This document shows, in pieces, positions 59,831 to 64,000 of a stretch of 64,000 nt of DNA (position 1 is the stretch's first letter; every line of letters starts with the position of its first letter). Source of the stretch: Dicyema japonicum (taxonomy: Eukaryota > Animalia > Dicyemida); NCBI GenBank assembly GCA_011109175.1, contig RDEW01000001.1, positions 1,130,360 through 1,194,359 of the forward strand, read 5' to 3'. The notes below the pieces were generated by a model. That model was not told where the DNA came from and made no database searches. It saw only the letters and a program-made list of their open reading frames with translations. A program made the translations under genes and the position numbers.

Positions 59831-60827
59831 GTGGAGTGAATCAAACACAAAATATACTGTATGACTTCTCATTAAGCTACAGATTGTATTTTATCAAGTT
59901 CACAATTAAAGAGATTCATTAACAATGAAACGCTCTCTCCTGTCGGAGGAGTGCTGAAAGGAGTCCTAGATATGACGTAATCAATGGAGTCATTGCTTGG
60001 GGACTTGAGGCTGCCAGAGGTCCTGTCCAATTGGAGCCGCTTGAACTTGCTCAAGCAACCGAAGACCGGACGGTACCACTCTCTTCCCATGAGAGAGTGG
60101 TAAATACCTTTCCTGGACGCCACCTGTGTCGATAGTGGAAGCAGGTCACAGGATCGCCTCGCTCATCGTGAATAAGAAAAACGATAGGAGAGAAAAGTGC
60201 TATCTCATTGAGCTCATTTCCTTGCAAATCGTAAAAGTAAATGCGTTTTCAATTATGAGAGCAGCCAGCAGTTGTTAACTGTTGTGTTTTTTTGTTATAA
60301 TAAAATTTGCAATTCAACTTTTTTGTAAGATAAATGAAACAAGTTAAACAACGATTTTCTTGAGATTGGTCCATAAATAAGACTAACCCTAAACCGAAAA
60401 AGACACGACTTTGCAATCGCTGGAACTCACCAGTCTGAGGGATGACATCTCTCATATCTCAGTGATGTTCGCCATCTTTTTACTTTTCCTGGAACTGAAA
60501 ATCAAAGTTAATGTGCTGAATCTCTGATCATCAGCTTCATACATGTCAAACTGTCGTTAATAATTTATCTTAATTCCCTTATTCCGCATTAAGTTCCACC
60601 ATTCCATCCTAGAGTTTTGTAAAATTCGCGAATCCGATTTTTTTCCGAATCCATTGTTTGCCCGTACATTTGAATAAATCAGGAAATTGACCACAGGATA
60701 ATTTTTCATAAAATATATAAGCCTATGGAGAACGATGGTCATAACCATGTTAGTTGTATTTGCAAATAGGGGTTCCTATTTTCCTCTGTTTGTGTAAATT
60801 ATGCTACCCACGTGTTAAATAAATAAA

Positions 60828-62082
60828 TTATTCAAATACTTTACAAACATCATCGTAACGAACACCACATACATCAACTCCAGTGAACGGTCCCTGACAT
60901 AACAGAATACAACTACCGTGGTGATCCTGATTCTGCATGTAAAATCTTCAACAGCTTCTAACAATGCATGAGATTGTCGGTGAGCCCCATTCACCACCTT
61001 CACGGTCCCTCCAATCCGCGGAATCACCGTTTCTACATCCCTCTGGCTTATCCTCGTCACTTCTCCGTCCTCTGTCTCAACTTCAGCTTCATATAGGTCC
61101 ACCACTTTCTAAAAGGAGCCATTCCATTACTTTCACAAGGACCTTCTCCCCAACACATTTGTACTTCGGTGAGATTACTTTCACAATCAAGTTCTCGCTC
61201 AACCAGTAGTCTTTCCGATTCCTAGAATCTCTTTGTTCGTCCTCTTCCCGCAAAATGCCTAGCACCGCGGAAGAGGCTATGTTTTCCGTTTTTGTAGCAG
61301 TTTTTTTGCTCTCCCCAGTCTCGAAGACTTGTCCACTAACAAATCATACGGGAAACAACATTTTCTTTATTTTAGAATCCCTTTTAGCCTGAATCACGAA
61401 TCCAACTACAATTATCACGGAATCTACCGTTTCTCTCCGCCGTCAAATCCAAATCCGTGGGAATTGCCCGCTTCCTCTTCATTTCCAGAAATCTTCCCGC
61501 ATCAATCTGCCTTTGAAGGGCCCTCTGTTCCGCCTTTTCATCAAAGTTGTCTAATTTCCCGGTCTTTTTCTTCGAGGCTTCACTCAAAATTGTCTGTGAG
61601 TCCTTACTCTCATATGTAATGTACAGTCCACGGTCGGTCTCCTCCATGTGAACCAATTCTATGGTAATATTGACGTAGTACCATTTTCTTGCAAGTACTT
61701 AACAAATGTGGTGAGTGTATCCCACTTTGTAGAGTTCATATGCACATGGTTAGGGTCAGTTATATATTCTTGATAGACTGAGTTGGCCAGCACTCGTTTG
61801 TTAGGGTAGTGCTGCTTAAGAATTGACATGAAATCGCTCTGAAACTGTCTGAAGGGTAAATATTAAGATTACTGTGAAAAGGAGGTCAAAAATTGGGAGG
61901 AATTCTCTGCAAAAATTTCCATTTGTCGCTGGTGGGCATCAGACATGCAGTGGCATTTGAATCCGTTGGCATCTCTACATTGTTTCTGACACATCTGACA
62001 ATAAAAACGTAATTTCATCAATCCTTTTGCTTTCATTTTCTTTGAGAGTGATTTTGTTGTCAGTAAATCACTGTGTCCCCAT
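60828..62082 (-). CDS. KIN: DNA/RNA-binding protein KIN17; 6 introns of 22-24 nt; extra G near 62078
   Basis: KMKAKGLMKLRFYCQMCQKQCRDANGFKCHCMSDAHQRQ, HVHMNSTKWDTL, DYWL, VETVIPRIGG, YDDVCK. Confidence 0.95.
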
Positions 62083-62439
62083 CATGTAGCACAACGACCA
62101 AAATTTGACCTTTTAAAATAAAACTGTGGTAAAATTAAATAAATTATAATTCTTGTTACATTAATATTCATTTTATTCACTATTTGAATATAATGGTTTT
62201 TTTGATTGAACTGGTGACATGGTTCTAAAATAAGAATTGCTGTCTTCTTCACATGATTAGGGTGAACTCTAACGCTGATGTCATTTAATGTTTGAAACTT
62301 TAAAAAAGTGGAAAAGGGACGACTATATTTAATATCCAAGAGACTAAAGTAATGGAGGGATTCTAGGAGAAGTATAGAGAATGTAGTCTTTTATCTCTTT
62401 TTTGCTATCCACAAGTGTTTTGATAAGAGAATCTACAGA

Positions 62440-63790
62440 GTATGGGAAGTTATGACAGGATAGCTACACTCCAGATAAAAACATGGAAAGCCGATGGATC
62501 CCTTATTTCTATTGTTATTATGTACACTCATACTATGGGAAGGGTCTCTAAAAACACCGTCCAATTAGACTCATTCTACTCATTCAACCGACACTATCTC
62601 TGGTCTCAAATGCCATTTTTTAATGACATCATTCATGAATTTTTATCTGGTGACAGGAACGGGAAAGTCGGTTATTGTCTATTGAGAGAACCCTGTCTTG
62701 GGAGGCATGTAGGGGGTGAGAAATATATAGGGTTTTCCTATCAATAACGACACTTCGTTTGGAGATCAAGAAGAAGATTGTTCAACATGGAAAACCTATA
62801 ATCTGGAATGTCACTGTCGAGGCTATTAAAAAAGCATGTCTACTCCTTTTGGGATATCCGTTGAAAGACCAGAGGGTGGATAGGTGCCATCTGTCTTTTT
62901 TATTGTATACCTTGAAGCAGCTCTGAGATCTCTCAGGACATATGCCAATGGAAATAGTTTGTGCCTACAGCATTCATTTTGTAGGCGAAAATGGCTGTGA
63001 ATTGGAACGGTTATCAGTCATAATTCCCAATGAATTAAAAAACTGGTTTTTTGAACGTCAATCAAGACAAGACCGATTTATAACAATTACAAGAGAACCT
63101 GAGTATGGTGAAGAAGGTTGGGGGAATAAAAATTGGATCTTTACTCGGAGACAGTGAGGGCATGATGCACAGGAGGGTCATAACGGCAGCAAAGTATAAA
63201 AATGGAAAACATATGGAGCAAGAGAAAATTCTTGAAAATGAATTTGAGAATAAGAAAATATAATTAGTTTGGTTTTACCGTGGTCTTGGGTTAAATAAAT
63301 AAAAAAATAACGCATTCATAAAGCCAACGTTGATGTAAAATTCGGGAACATGTGGGGCTATTGAGGCAGAGCTTCAAAAGATGGATACCCTTCAGAGAAA
63401 AAATTTACGAAAGCTATCAGTTTCGGAGTGGCCAAAAAATAAGAGACTACATTGTGCAACCAAATCAATCCCTTGAGCACGGAAATCACTGAATCGAGGT
63501 TGAGACTTTTTGGGTACGTACTGGTTATGGACATAGATTCCCCTACAAATATTGTTATGGAAAAATACTTCAATAGTAAGAAACGACCCCTTTAGAGGAA
63601 GGCCGAGGGTCCTTTAGAAGAACTCTCCCTGTGGCCCTTAATTAGGATCTTAAGGTGATTGGAAAAAAACTCGAATGTACAGATGACCTAGAAGACCAAA
63701 GATCGTTTGCAATGGACAGAACCCGGTGGGGACGTCTATTGAAAAGGATCTTAAATCTTGTATGAACGAGCGTTTAATAATAATATTTTT
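62440..63790 (+). mobile_element. Decayed RTE-clade LINE with internal deletions
   Basis: GRHVGG, LFLLYTLKQ, ESRLRLFGYVLVMD, RGRPR; (TAA)n tail. Confidence 0.7.
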
Positions 63791-64000
63791 GTCCTATATA
63801 AAAAGTAACTGAATGATTAGCATCCATTCAATGAGTGATTGAACAAAAATTGCAAATATTTATAAATTCCCACGAACAGGAGATACCCATGAGCGCTGCT
63901 AGTTATCTGAGCGAATCTCGCTCACCATCCTGAGATGGAATAGCCACACACAGTCGCTGTATGACTTTTTTGTTTAATTTTTTAAAACAATAAAAGTCCA

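Overview
This is eukaryotic, not prokaryotic, DNA: an AT-rich, compact-gene, transposon-littered animal-type genome. A reduced parasite such as a myxozoan or dicyemid is an inference from ZFHX/Max/WAPL/Y-box genes plus micro-introns. Hand-splicing recovers seven host genes that the ORF track fragments: Y-box/CSD protein, ACT-type threonine dehydratase, a miniaturised ZFHX (zfh2-like) gene, WAPL, cytosolic TrpRS, a Max-like bHLH and KIN17. About 40 of their ~46 introns are only 21-27 nt, and two TrpRS introns lack an AG acceptor (GT-GG and GT-TG). Bases 1-5554 are a tandem duplicate of ~8321-13516. The rest is mostly decayed mobile DNA: Ingi/Vingi-like LINEs, CRE-type RLE retroelements with a PHD finger, RTE LINEs (one near-intact), IS630/Tc1, hAT, MULE and pogo remnants, and two SINE groups. 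The most striking hidden system is a ~60-nt covarying, HDV-ribozyme-like nested pseudoknot. It heads the Ingi-like LINEs, contains their apparent start codon, reads in frame into a 2A/StopGo peptide, and recurs in non-autonomous SINEs that also share the LINE 3' tail. Single-base indels in short homopolymers suggest consensus errors, so exact frames need read or RNA confirmation. All coordinates and alignments were done by eye.
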